NCBI RefSeq assembly: GCF_964213995.1
Contig: NW_027590154.1
Span: forward strand, 434,001 to 498,000
Direction: 5' to 3'
Origin: Mustelus asterias
Taxonomy: Eukaryota
DNA: 64,000 bases
Shown: positions 36,576 to 48,892 of the stretch, one piece after another
Numbering within the stretch: position 1 is the first letter of the stretch
How the letters are laid out: each line of letters opens with the position of its first letter
The notes under the pieces: generated by a model
Seen by the model: the letters and a program-made list of their open reading frames with translations, nothing else
The model's database searches: none
What the model was told of the DNA's origin: nothing
Translations under genes and position numbers: made by a program

Positions 36576-37544
36576 TGTTAGAAAATGGGGTTCAGGGAGT
36601 CAATTAACCCTTTCTCCCCTTTTCCCAAACTCTGAAATGATTGCCAGTGATAACCCTTATTGGTGACAGTGGTTAGATTTTATTCAGTATCAATAAGAGC
36701 CGACACAGGCTAATGTCTGAGCAGTCGTATCAAAGTGCAGCAGCATTACCATTACACTCTGGGTAGAAGCAGCATCTCCACGGAAATACTCCCTGCTCTG
36801 CCCCAGATGCCATGGCACCAGTCAATGCAATATGTAAAACCTCGACAAATCTCTGTGCTCGGGAATCCCTTCTTATACTTTTTTACATCACAAAGTCTAT
36901 GGAGACTGATTTAACCCAATCATTGCTCAGCTAACACGTGAACAGACCAATTACAAAACCTGTCATTGAACCATCTGTACCTGCCCAAGCCATGTCAAAC
37001 TCTCAAACAATTGTCTTCCCACACTCCGTCCCTGGTACAGGGAGTCAGCATTCCCATGCCAAGCAGTGAAAACATGGTGGTCGTGACACCCAGGTGTCAT
37101 CTAGGATTCAAGGCACTCCTGTATTCTCTGTCCTCTGGGAGCTGTTTATCTCCCTGTTCCCACAGAGCAAGTCGTCTGTTCTCAGCTCTGCTGGATTTCT
37201 GCTGAAGTTTGACCCCTTTTACACCTTTCGGATCAATAAAACATTTGGTTAATGAAGATCCAAACCACAATTTCCCATCCTGTCACCTGCCAACCATCCT
37301 TACCCAGAGCGTAATCACAACAGGAATAAAAACAGGAGAAGTGTACCAATCAAATTCAAAATCAATGCACAGCCAGTTATAGAATCTAATATAATATTCA
37401 CTCATTAGCAAGAAAACCCAAAGTAGGGGGTCCCCCAGGATTCTTACAGTCCACACCTTGAGGGGGGAGAACTCTCTCTCTGACCCCTCACTCAATTTCA
37501 ATCCGTTATTTTCCAGTTCTGTTCTGGCCCCGCCTGGGGTAACA
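36576..37544 (-). mobile_element. Possible solo LTR
   Basis: TGTTA...TAACA termini; reverse-strand AATAAA (about 36679) and TATA-like (about 36872) with CCAAT motifs; no matching TSD. Confidence 0.3.
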
Positions 37545-38950
37545 TCTACTTGATCTTTCCTACTACTGAAGGAGCACCGTGAGTTCTAGGTTACTTGTAC
37601 ATAAGGACAGATGCTTCAAGCAACAGATCAAGCATGGATGTAAAAGATTCTCCAGCTCTCTCTTTACCCCTATCTAAGTTGTGGACAGTTCTTACTCTGT
37701 GTTATTTCCCCCAAGTCCTTAATTGTCCCAATCTATAATATTATCCATTTTATTTTAATTTCACTCACTTTGTGTCCATGTGCAGTGTGTTTAATTGGAC
37801 CCTGATTGTTTTGAACTCAGTTTCTCTCTGGAGTGTGTGTCAATGCCTTGATGATGTCACAATGTTGTCTCAATCCCCTGGCCACATGAACCATTTCATC
37901 TCCTGCAGTGTCTCAAGTAGCTGTGTGTGTTTGGGACCCGCTCTTCACTCCATCTCACCATGAATTTAGACTTGTTATTTTTCACATGTAACGAATCACA
38001 TCTGCACACTCACTCCGGTGTCCCAAAATCATGTCACACATTCTTAACTCTCAGATGTGTTGATGAAAAGATCAAAGTGAGTGTCTGTCTTTCTTTCTCC
38101 CCCTGTTATGGTGCTGATATTTCATGTAGGGGCCGGGCTTTCAAACAAAGTTCATGGACAAAGTTGTAAATATCTCCCAGAGAAAGTGATCAACTTATTC
38201 ATCCCATCTATCCCATCCCATTCCAGACTTTCACTAGACTGTAGGTGGATACCAGATTGATATATTCCATTCAACCACTCCCAAGGTGAGTTATTCCAAT
38301 TCCTTTATTGTCCAGGACAATATATTCACAATATCTTTAAAACAGAAATTAAACAATCCCATTTGATTTCAGGGATTAACATATTCTGTTAGTTTGTGCT
38401 TTATTGTCAATGTCAGGCTGGGGTTGTTCTCCTTGGAGCAAAGGAGGTTGAGGGGAGATTTGATAGAGGTGGACAAGCTTCTGACAGGTTTAGATAAGGT
38501 GGACAAAGAAAAGCTGTTCCCATTAGTTGATGAGACAAGGACGAGGGGGGACACAGATTTAAGGTTCTGGATCAGAGGCGCGGAGAGGAGGGGGGGCGGA
38601 TGTGAGGAAGAATATTTTGAAGCAGTGAATGGTAATGACCTGGTGGAGGAAGTGGAGACAACAAACAATTACAAAGGAAATTGGATGGGCATCTGGGGGA
38701 GTTTCAAACAGAAATAGTGACTATCCCTTAACTTCCTAACACCCTGTCACTCTGTGATCCTTGTGAAATTTGAAACTAGGTATTCGCAACAAGACTCAAA
38801 GAGCATTAGCCCACTGGAGGCTGAGATCGGCCAGTCCAGCAGAAAGAAACCCTCTGACCCTTCCCATTGACCAACTGTGAGAATGAACAAAATGCAGTCC
38901 TGGATGTAATTGAGAGCAGAAACAATAACAGCAGAATCCAACCCCTGGAA

Positions 38951-39625
38951 TCACTCGTGAACTTGCTGGTGTCTCAGCAGGGTGGATGAAACTCTGAATC
39001 CCTTCCCACACTGGGAGCAGGTGAACGGCCTCTCCCCAGTGTGAATTCGCTGGTGTGTCTGCAGGCTGGATAACTGAGTGAATCCGTTCCCACACTGAGA
39101 GCAGGTGAATGGTCTCTCCCCAGTGTGAACTCGCTGGTGTGTCTGCAGGTTAGATGAACAAGTGAATCCCTTCCCACACTGAGAGCAGGTGAACGGCCTC
39201 TCTCCAATGTGAACTCGCTGGTGTCTCTGCAGGCTGGATAACTGAATGAATCCCTTCCCACACTGAGAGCAGGTGAATGGCCTCTCCTCAGTGTGAACTC
39301 GCTGGTGTGTCTGCAGGTGGGATGACTGAGTGAATCCCTTCCCACATTGAGAGCAGGTGAATGGCCTCTCCCCAGTGTGAACTCGCTCGTGTGTCTGCAG
39401 GCTGGATAACTGAATGAATCCCTTCTCACACTGAGAGCAGGTGAATGGCCTCTCCCCAGTGTGAACTCGCTGGTGTGTCCGCAGGCTGGATAACTGAATG
39501 AATCCCTTCTCACACTGAGAGCAGATGAATGGTCTCTCCCCAGTGTGGCTGCGCCAATGAGCTGCCAGCAGAGATGGGGCTCTGTATCTTTTCCCACAGT
39601 CCACACATTTCCATGGTTTCTCCAT
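38951..39625 (-). CDS. C2H2 zinc-finger protein, 8 fingers (ZNF-H)
   Basis: gcaccATGg MEKPWKC start; acceptor at 39976/39977; first-exon donor at 41628/41629; inverted paralog of ZNF-F. Confidence 0.9.
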   Translation of the reverse strand: MEKPWKCVDCGKRYRAPSLLAAHWRSHTGERPFICSQCEKGFIQLSSLRTHQRVHTGERPFTCSQCEKGFIQLSSLQTHERVHTGERPFTCSQCGKGFTQSSHLQTHQRVHTEERPFTCSQCGKGFIQLSSLQRHQRVHIGERPFTCSQCGKGFTCSSNLQTHQRVHTGERPFTCSQCGNGFTQLSSLQTHQRIHTGERPFTCSQCGKGFRVSSTLLRHQQVHE

Positions 39626-40109
39626 GGTGCAGGTGTCCTTACCTCTCCCTTGGGTGGACAATTAGTTGAAACTTCGTCCACACACAGAACAAGATTACAG
39701 TCTCTACCCGCTGTGAATGGTGTGATATTTATTCAGACTGTGTAACTGGTTAAAGCTCTTTAGTCAGTGCATTGGAACACTCTCACTTAAGTGTGGCAGT
39801 GTGTCGATGCTTTTTCACTCACACTGACATTTCAAATCTTTTCAAATCGACAGACTGGACAATCATTTCTCCTTCTGGATTCAAATTCCGATGATATTGA
39901 GGTCCCAAGGAATATGATTCTGTCGCGTCTAGACGTGACGTTTGAGATTTCGGCCTGTGATTCCTCTTTCAATATCCTGTAAAATGAGTTTACAAAAGTC
40001 ATCAGTGTCAGTACAGGATAGAAATTCAGAACAGACAATTTCTATGGAACATTCTTTCCTCTCTCATTCCCCAAAAGCTGTAAATCTCCATCCCACATAC
40101 TCTCTCCCC

Positions 40110-41475
40110 ATTCTCAGCAGGTCTGGCAGCATCTGTATGGAGAGAAAAGAACTGATGTTTCAGAGCTTTGACAAAGGGTCATCTAGACAAGAAACATCAG
40201 CTCTTTTCTCTCCTTACAGATGCTGCTAGAACTGCTGAGATTTTCCAGCATTTTCTCTCGTGGTTTCAGATTCCAGCATCCGCAGTAATTTGCTTTTAAA
40301 AGGCTGCAGATACCTCCTCCCAAGTAACATGCGTGTGCCCAAGACATCACCACTTGTTTCCCTTATTTCTTTAGCACCCATGGTGCTCTCCGCAGTAAAC
40401 ACAGAGGAAAAGTATTCATTAAAAATCTCACCCATCTCCTGTGGCTCCACACACAGATGGCCATACTGATTTTTAAGGGGATCTATTCTCTCTCTAGCCA
40501 CCGTCTTACTCTTAATATAGCTATAGAACCTCTTGGAATTTTCTTTAATCTTACCTGCCAGATCCATATCATACCCTCTTTTTGTCCTCCTGATTTCCCT
40601 CTTCAGTATTTTCTTACACTTTTTATAGTCAGAGTGATTCACTTGTCCCCGATTGCCTAAACCCAATGTATACTTCCTTCTTTTACCTCACCAGAGCCTC
40701 AATGTCCCTTGTCTGCCAGAGATCCCTAAATTTACCATTCTTTCCCTTCATCTTAACAGGAATATACTGCCCCTGGATTCTTGATATCACACTTTTAAAA
40801 CCTCCCATTTGCCAGTCATTCCTTTCCCTTCAAACAAATTCACCTAATCGACATCTGCTAGATCCTGCCTAATGCCCACAAAAGTGGCCCTGCTCCAGTT
40901 TAGGGCCTTGACCTGTGGATCTGTCCTATTTTTTTCCAGAACTATTTTGAAACTATTGGTGCTCCCAATAGTGCTCCCTGACTGACACTTCAGTCACTTG
41001 CTCCACCTCATTTCTTAACTGTCTAATAGAAAGTGAGTCCAGGAATTGATAATGAAAAATAAGGAGCTGGGAGATGAATTGAACAAGTATTTTGCCTCGG
41101 TGTTCACAATAGAGGATACAGTTCAAACTCAGAAACAGCTGGAAATCAGAAAACAGAAGTGTGGGATGAACTCTGAAAAAGCACAATTCCCAGGGAATTC
41201 CCTGACTTGTCCTCGGGTCCTGCTGGGCTTCATTCTCGGGTCTTAACAGAGTGAGATAGTTGATGTGTTGTTCAATTTTATAAAATTCCCCATCGGGAAT
41301 TGGATAAAGGGAAACTGGTGGATGCGCTGTACTTAGATTTCCAGAAGACATTTGATGAGGTGCCACATGAAAGGCTATTGCAGCAAATAAAAATTCATGC
41401 TGCGGGGATAACATATTGGCGTGGATAGAAGATTGGCTAACAGCAAACAGTGGGCAGAAATGGATCATTTTCTGG
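40110..41475. mobile_element. Intronic repeats: small Penelope-like repeat (40110-40300), CR1 (-, 40300-41010), CR1 (+, 41030-41475)
   Basis: ORF 40226-40666 KIKENSKRFYSYI..NEYFSSVFT; plus-strand LNKYFASVFT, LDFQKTFDEVPH, WIEDWL. Confidence 0.75.
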
Positions 41476-41622
41476 TTTAAGAGAGAGAGAAACCTGGGCC
41501 AACCTTTCCAGAGTCTGCACCCTCCCTGGATTCACTTCCTTTCCCTTCAGTTGCTGCAACTCCCCAATTTCCCCCAGAATTTGAGAAAAGAAATGGAAAG
41601 GGGGTTGAAAAGAAAGTGTTTT

Positions 41623-42200
41623 ACTCACAGATGTTTGAGACAGGAGGAAGTTTGAGTCTGTCTGAAGATCAATCTTCATTCACACAAAGCCTGCGCTCTG
41701 ATTGGCTGGAAGTCCAGAGTCCTTCCAGTCCTCCAACTCTTCCCATTGGTCAACACCTGATCATGAAGATCAGAGGGTGGGTTCTCCCCTGCACATGCGC
41801 AGCTTCCCCTCTCCCTCGCACATGCGCAGTCCCGGGCCGGGGGGGAGGGGGAGCTCACCGAGCAGCTTCTCGCTCTGGCCGGAGCCATCAGCCGGTTGCC
41901 TGGAAACCTTGGCTCGATGTGGTGTAGGGGGAGGGGAACAATGGGTGGGGGCGGGGCACCCGGGCCTGCACACTGGAACCCAGAGACGTCACCGCGGAGC
42001 GGAGTGATTCCTATTGGCTGACTCAGGCAGGGCTCTCTCGTGACGTCACAATGCGGAAGTTGTCCAAAGAGCTTCAGAGTGAAACTTCCTCCTCTGGGCA
42101 ACATCTGGGAGGAAATCAATGTTTCCCCCTTTCCATTTATTTTCTCATTCTGGGGGAAATTGGGGACTTGCAGCAACTGAAGGGAATGAAGTGAATTCGG
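41623..42200. promoter_or_regulatory. Bidirectional type-B promoter with outward-facing first-exon copies
   Basis: Minus exon 41629-41690 with GTGAGT donor; plus copy 42050-42110 with mutated donor; NRF1 catgcgca twice, CCAAT, GC box, CRE tgacgtca (42041), ETS. Confidence 0.75.
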
Positions 42201-42394
42201 TCTGTGTATTCCACACATTTTTACTCCAGTAATGTCGACAAAGCTCGGCACAACATCGTGGGCCGAAGGGCCTGTTCTGTGGTGTACTGTTCTTTGTTCG
42301 ATGTTCTGTGTTCTATTTATCTGTCTGGCAGCCTGCATGGAAATTTTCAGCTCTCTGCGTCCAGGGCAGGAAGCAGTGAGCATGGATCTGTCAA

Positions 42395-42787
42395 TCACAC
42401 ATGAGGACGGCCTTAACCGGGATCTTGGGTTCATGTCACACTCCCTGTAATCCCCACGACTTGCCTGGGCTTGCAAAATCTCACTAACTGTCCTGGCTGG
42501 AGACAATACACATCTCTTTAACCTGTGCTTAACCGTCTCTCCACTCACCTTGTCTGTACCTTTAAGACTTGATTACCTGTAAAGACTCGCATTCCAACCA
42601 TTATCTTGTAAATTGAGTTTGTGTCTTTATATGCCCTGTTTGTGAACAGAACTCCCACTCACCTGATGAAGGAGCAGCACTCCAAAAACTAGTGGCTTAT
42701 GCAACTAAATAAACCTGTTGGATTTTAACCTGGTGTTGTGAGACTTCTTACTGTGCTTACCCCAGTCCAACGCCGGCATCTCCACAC
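42395..42787 (+). mobile_element. Penelope-like element 3' fragment
   Basis: HEDGLNRDLGFMSH followed by the pseudo-LTR with a mutated hammerhead at 42663. Confidence 0.85.
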
Positions 42788-43209
42788 TCTGAGTGGAAAC
42801 AGAGAGAAGTAGGAGAGGCGGAGGGGAGGAGAGAGATTTTATACATCTACAACTCAACAGGAACTTTGACAGAATTTCCAAACCCTGTGAACACCATCAG
42901 CTCCAAGTTCCTCTCCAACTCACACACCATCCTGACTTGTCTGACATCCAGTACTGAAAGAACAGAAATTTATTTCATATAAATACTGGGAAGACTGAAC
43001 CCATTGTGTTCAGTCCCCACTACAAACTCCACTCCCTCGCCAACAACTTTATCTCTCCTCCTGGCAACTGTCTGAGGCTGAACCAGGCTGTTCACAACCA
43101 GGGTGAAATAGTTCATCCCAAGATGAGCTTCCAGCCACATGTCCACATCATCATCAAGACCACCTTCATTCATAGAAGCATTAATAGTAATTAATAATAA
43201 TGAATAATA

Positions 43210-43850
43210 AAATACAGTGTAGAAGGAGGCCATTCAGCCCATCGAGCCTGCACCGACAACAATCCCATCCAGGCCCTATCCACATATTTACCTGTTAATC
43301 CCCCTGATACTAAGTGGCAATTTATCATGGCCAATCCGTCTAACCAGCACATCTTTGGACTGTGGAAGGAAACCGGAACACCCGGAGGAAAACCACACAG
43401 ACACGGGGAGAATGAGGGCGGCACGGTAGCTCAGTGGTTAGCACTGCTGCTTCACAGCTCCAGGGTCCCGGGTTCGATTCCCGGCTCGGGTCACTGTCTG
43501 TGTGGAGTTTGCACGTTCTCCTCGTGTCTGCGTGGGTTTCCTCCGGGTGCTCCGGTTTCCTCCCACAGTCCAAAGATGTGCAGGTTAGGTTGATTGGCCA
43601 GGTTAAAAATTGCCCCGTGGAATCCTAAAATGCATAGGTTAGAGGGATTAGCGGGTAAATAGTGGGGGTAGGGCCTGGGTGGGATTGTGGTCGGTGCAGA
43701 CTCGATGGGCCAAATGGCTTCCTTCTGCACTGGAGGGATTCTATGATTCTATGAATGTAGAAACTCTGCACAGACAGCGACCCGAGGCTGGAATTGAACC
43801 CGGGTCCCTGGCGCTGTTAGGCAGCTGCGCTAACCACTGTGCCACCGGGC
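43210..43850. mobile_element. V-SINE (+, 43416-43753) nested in an older V-SINE (-)
   Basis: The minus copy is interrupted at gagaatg and resumes after a duplicated gaatg. Confidence 0.85.
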
Positions 43851-43900
43851 CACATGTCAGTGTCATCGCCCGACCCCAGCCCAGTCTCAGCTCATCTGGA

Positions 43901-44176
43901 ACCCTCATCCATTCCATTGTGACGTCACACTCTCACCCATTCCATTGTGATGTCACACCCTCACCAATTCCGTTGTGACGTCACACTCTCACCCATTCCG
44001 TTGTGACGTCATGCCCTCACCCATTCCATTGTGACGTCACACCCTCACCCATTCCGTTGTGACGTCACGCCCTCACCCATTCCATTGTGACGTCACACCC
44101 TCACCCATTCCATTGTGACGTCACACTCACCCATTCCATTGTGACGTCACACTCACCCATTCCATTGTGACATCAG
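43901..44176. repeat. 28-bp minisatellite, 10 copies, 8 perfect TGACGTCA (CRE) sites
   Basis: Unit ccctcacccattccattgtgacgtcaca; last two units 26 bp. Confidence 0.95.
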
Positions 44177-44219
44177 GGCTTCACTCTCCAATCACAATCC
44201 CTGCCGGCCTCCCACATGC

Positions 44220-44680
44220 AGCCTCAATGGCGGCAGTCAGCCCGGGTCTAACACTACAAGCTGCCGCTCCATTTGGTACAAAGGGGGGGACCGGGAAGTT
44301 CATTTCCGGGGTTTGGGTTTGAACAACATGTTTACAAAGTCTCTCCACCCACCCGCCACATTTATCATTCCCCGCGCGCCGCCCTCTACCTCGCATTGAT
44401 CTCGTTTCCAAGTTAAAACCGTCTGTCCGTTGCCATTACCTGCACTGCGCATGCTTCAGTCGCAGCCCGGCCCCGCCTCTCATTCACTCCGATTGGTTGG
44501 AGGACCAGCCGCTCTCGCTCGGTCCTCCACCCCGCCCCCTCTTCCTATTGGTTCAGAGTTGCTGTCAATCAGCCCCGGGCATTGTGATGTGGAGCATGCG
44601 CAGTCTCATTGCTGTCCTTGGCGCTTGTTTGTCCCGGAGAAGCGGAGTCAGCGTTAGGCGGTGGCTGGGAGGATTTGGAA
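44220..44680 (+). promoter_or_regulatory. CpG-rich promoter (type A) with no adjacent intact plus-strand ZNF exon
   Basis: YY1 aatggcggc, ETS, NRF1 twice, CCAAT, GC boxes; paralog of 23350-23690. Confidence 0.7.
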
Positions 44681-45824
44681 ACACTTTGTGGATCCGCAAA
44701 CCCTTCAGAATCATTGTCAGCTCCCTGGTTTGCAGCTGCGGGGCTTCTCCCCCCCGGGAACAGGCCCAGGTTAACGGCCCCATCCTGGCTCAGCCACTGG
44801 AGGATGGTTCACATCAGAGGATGGGGGAGGGGGACAATAAATAAGAGGTTACACTTTGGCCTCAAATCAATGAGGACTCTGATCTCTGGGAAGGAAGGAA
44901 ACCCTGGGAGGTGGGCGGGGAGGATTCACAAACACCCGCTGGAGGCACCAACACTCCCAATAAGAAGCTGCAGCTCCCTGCAGTGACCAGGAGAGAAAAT
45001 AATTGATTTTATTTTCAATCTGTACAAAAGAGAACTGAACCCAGCCAGAATAGAAGGTGGGAGAAAAGATTTGTGAAGATATTTCACACTGGGTTTGCCA
45101 GGCTGACCAACTCTCTCAGAGAAAGTGAAAGGACATCCTTCATGAGTCTGTCGGAGCAGGTGAGCAGTATTGTGTGCGGTGCTGCTGGAAGTGCGAGGGT
45201 GGGCACGGGCTGGTTGGCAGCCAGAACAGTTGGAAGAGGGTGCTGCACACATCCATCTTATGGGTGAAACAGCGCCCATACACCATGCAGCCTGGCACAG
45301 TGGAGTCAAACACGGGACAATCCATTGAAATATGAGCTGGTTGGTCAGTGTGGGAGTTGGTGGCAGGACAGGAAAGAGGGAAAGTGTTCAGGATGAGGAT
45401 TTACTGCTGCACAGGAACAAGTGAGGAAACGATGTTCCACAGAACATAGTTCCAAATTCCAGTATCCGCAGTGATTTGCTTTGATTCCAAATAAACTTAT
45501 TGGACTTTAACCTGGTGTTCTGAGACTTCTTACTGTGCAAACTCCACATAGACAGTCACCCACCGCTGGAATCGAACCCAGACTCAGTGAGGCAGCAGTG
45601 CTAACCGCTGTGTCACAGTGAAGGGAGTTTGCCGCAAATTTCGGGTGATAACAATGAGCTGGATGTTGCTCAGAATGTGGAGCACTGCAGCAAAGTACAG
45701 AGAGACAGAGCAGCAAACTGGACTGAGAAATGGAGTCTGCAGACTGGAACTGGCAGCATGAGGAGAGGTTATTTAGTCTAACACCCACAGCAATCTACAA
45801 CCCACCCCCATTACCGAGACAGTG

Positions 45825-45960
45825 AGACAGAGATTACAAACACTCACCAACACAGCTCCACTGAAACGTCCCAGGAAAAAGAGGGAATCTGTGGCAGTTC
45901 CTGTCCTGAAATAGTCCCAGGACTGTCACTCAAACCCCCAACCCGGCCCAGTTCACAGCT
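45825..45960. repeat. About 150-bp direct duplication (second copy 47025-47180)
   Basis: cccccattaccgagacagtgagacagagattacaaacactcacc...gttcacagc present twice. Confidence 0.9.
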
Positions 45961-46851
45961 CAGCCTCTCAGCTTGCAGCTTCCTGCACCTTGAGCCAACC
46001 CTGCCCAGGTGTGGGAGGGATGTGGAACCACAGAGTGGGGGAAGGGGTGACCACCTGCGGTGCCCCAAATAGTTTCTCCTTCCCCTCCCCCTTGGCTCTC
46101 TAAGGTCTGAATGTGGATGTGTTGATGGACATTGCAGAGCCTCACTGAGCTTATCCTGGGTCACCCCCTCCCCCTGGGTTCAGTGTGTTCAGTTCGCTGC
46201 TTCTTTCCCTGCTGAACTTTCAGTTAATCAAAAACAGAAAGTGCTGGAAAACCTCAGCAGGTCTGATCGCATCTGTGATCATCCAGACTGGAAGCAGTAA
46301 CTCCATTCTCTCTCCACAGATGCTGTCAGACCTGCTGAGATTTTCCAGCATTTTCTGTTTGTTTCAGATTCCAGCATCCGCAGTATTTTGCTTTTATCTT
46401 CATTTAAACAAACATTCTTTCATGGCCTTTACCCTCCGTGCTCCTTTCCAGAGCTTCCCACCTTCTGCTATTGTCCCTGACTCCCACATTAACTGTCATT
46501 CCTTCCCTTTATCCCGCTCACATCCCGCTCGAAACTCAGGCTCAGAGTTTTCCCGCCATCTCCCCGTCTCCCAGCTCCCACATGCCAACACCCGGAATCT
46601 CTAACCCAGCGGTTCCAGTTTGTCTGGTTTGAGTTCAGATTTGCCGCAGCACCGACAGGATTTCACTTCAAACCAGCCGGAACTGACTGCTCACAAATCC
46701 CAAAATGTTTCTCCAGCAGCCCGGGCTTGTTAGTGTTGTTTAAAGTCAGCGCCCAAATGCAGTTACTCTCCTCAGTTTAAAAAACTTATCCGTTTAATCC
46801 AAAGTATTATTCGCACCAGACATAAACACAAAATTGTGAACGTTACCCACC

Positions 46852-46920
46852 GCCCCCCCCCCCGCCCCCAACTCCCCCCGCCCCCCCCCCCCCCCCCTCC
46901 TCCCCCGCCCCCGCCCCCCC
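46852..46920. repeat. Poly-C/G tract (G-quadruplex-capable on the minus strand)
   Basis: About 70 bp of nearly pure C runs. Confidence 0.9.
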
Positions 46921-47744
46921 AACCAGACCCGAGCTGGGGTGTCCTGAGTAAGAGACATCTGTTTCGGGTGTGACAATTCTTACACATTCTCTGGTTGACA
47001 TCAAACGGAAAACGCTGGAAATTGCCCCCATTACCGAGACAGTGAGACAGAGATTACAAACACTCACCAACACAGCTCCACTGAAATGTCCCAGGGAAAA
47101 GGGGGAATCTGTGGCAGTTCCTGTCCTGATATCGCCCCAGGATTGTCACTCAAACCCCCAACCCGGCCCAGTTCACAGCAAATTGCTGCTTTTGTCAAAA
47201 GGGTCACTTGGACTCGAAACCTCAGCTCTTTTTGTCTCCTTACAGATGCTGCCAGACCTGCTGAGATTTTCCAGCGTTTTCTCTTTTGGCTGGAAATACT
47301 CAACAAGTCAGGCAGCCTCTGTGGAGAGAGAAACAGACTCAATGTGACCTGTCATCGGAACTGGGAAATATAATATTATTTCTCGCAACTGAAAGAGACA
47401 CTTTACAGCCTTCAGAACAAAATTGAGCTCAACAATTTTACACCACAATCTCTGCCCCCATTGTGATCTGTGTTTCGTTGCTGCTTTTTTCACCTCATTT
47501 CCCTCTTGTTTTCTTTACTTTACATTCAGACTATCGCTCACCGGCTATTCACACCTCATCCAGAACATCTTTTGTGTCTTTACTTGTTCAATTACCACTC
47601 GCTTTGGTCTTGGGCCGTGAAACATTTTGTCAGTTTGCAGATCTTTCATTTTGTTCTTCTCCACCTCCCTCTCTCAATTCTTCAGAGGTCAGTCTTTGAC
47701 AAAGGGTCATCTGGACTCGAAACGTCAGCACTTTTCTCTCTTGA

Positions 47745-48222
47745 CAAATGCCCGTGACCGCTGAAGTGCGTCATGGGCATTCAGCCTCTGATCTTTGGGT
47801 AAGCATTCTCCAAGGCGGCCTTCACGACACACGACAGCGCAGAGTCGCTGAGCAGAAACTGATAGCCAAGTTCCGCACACATGAGGACGGCCTAAACCGG
47901 GATGTTGGCTTTATGTCACACTGTCAGTAACCCCCACAGCTTGCCTCCTGGACTTGCTGGCTGTCCTGTCTGGAGACAATACACATCTCTTTAACCTGTG
48001 CTTAATGCTCCCTCCACTCACATTGTCTGTATGTTTAAGAACTGGTTGGCTGTTGAGATTTGCATTCTAATCAGTATTCTGTAACTTGATTTTGTGTCTC
48101 TGTGCCCTGTTTGAGAGCAGATTTCCACTCCATCTGACGAAGGAGCAGCGCTCCAAAAGCTAATGGTATTTGCTATCAAATAAACCTGTTGGACTTTAAC
48201 CTGGTGTTGTTAAAACTGTTAC
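47745..48222 (+). mobile_element. Penelope-like element 3' fragment
   Basis: GGLHDTRQRRVAEQKLIAKFRTHEDGLNRD plus pseudo-LTR. Confidence 0.85.
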
Positions 48223-48284
48223 TCTAAATATATCCCCACAGCTCCGGGTGGGAGTGGAATTGATGATTTCTTGACTGTCTGTCT

Positions 48285-48892
48285 GCACTGCTGCCTCACA
48301 GTGCCAGGGACCCGGGTTCAATTCCCAGCTTGGGTCACTGTCTGTATGGAGTCTGCACGTTCTCCCCGTGTCTGTGTGGGTTCCCTCCGGGTGCTCCAGT
48401 TTCCTCCCACCGTCTGAAAGATGCGCTATTTAGGTGCATTGACCCAAACAGGTGCTGGAGTGTGGCGACTAGGGGAATTTCACAGTAACTTCATTGCAGT
48501 GTTAATGTAAGCCTTACTTGTGACTAATAAATAAATTTAACTTTTAACTTTAATTTTGTGAACTCATAGAATCGTAGAATCTTACAGTGCAGAAGAAGGC
48601 CATTCAGCCCATCGAATCTGCACCAACCACAATCCCACCCAGGCCCTATCCCCGTAACACCACATATTTAACCTGCTAATCCTCCTAACACTGGGGTCAA
48701 TTTTGCATGGCCAGTCAACCTAAGCAGCACATCTTTGGACTGTGGGAGGAAACCGGAGCACCCGGAGGAAACCCACGCAGACACAGGGAGAATGTGCAGA
48801 CTCTGCACAGACAGTGACCCAAGCCAGGAATTGAACTCAGGTCCCTGGCGCTGTGAGGCAGTAGTGCTAACCGCTGTGCCACCATGCCGCCC
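48285..48892. mobile_element. Two tail-to-tail V-SINEs (+ 48285-48545; - 48565-48892)
   Basis: V-domains in opposite orientation with the two different tails. Confidence 0.85.

Noticed and set aside
43901-44176. CRISPR-like palindromic repeats
   Set aside because: Head-to-tail minisatellite without spacers.
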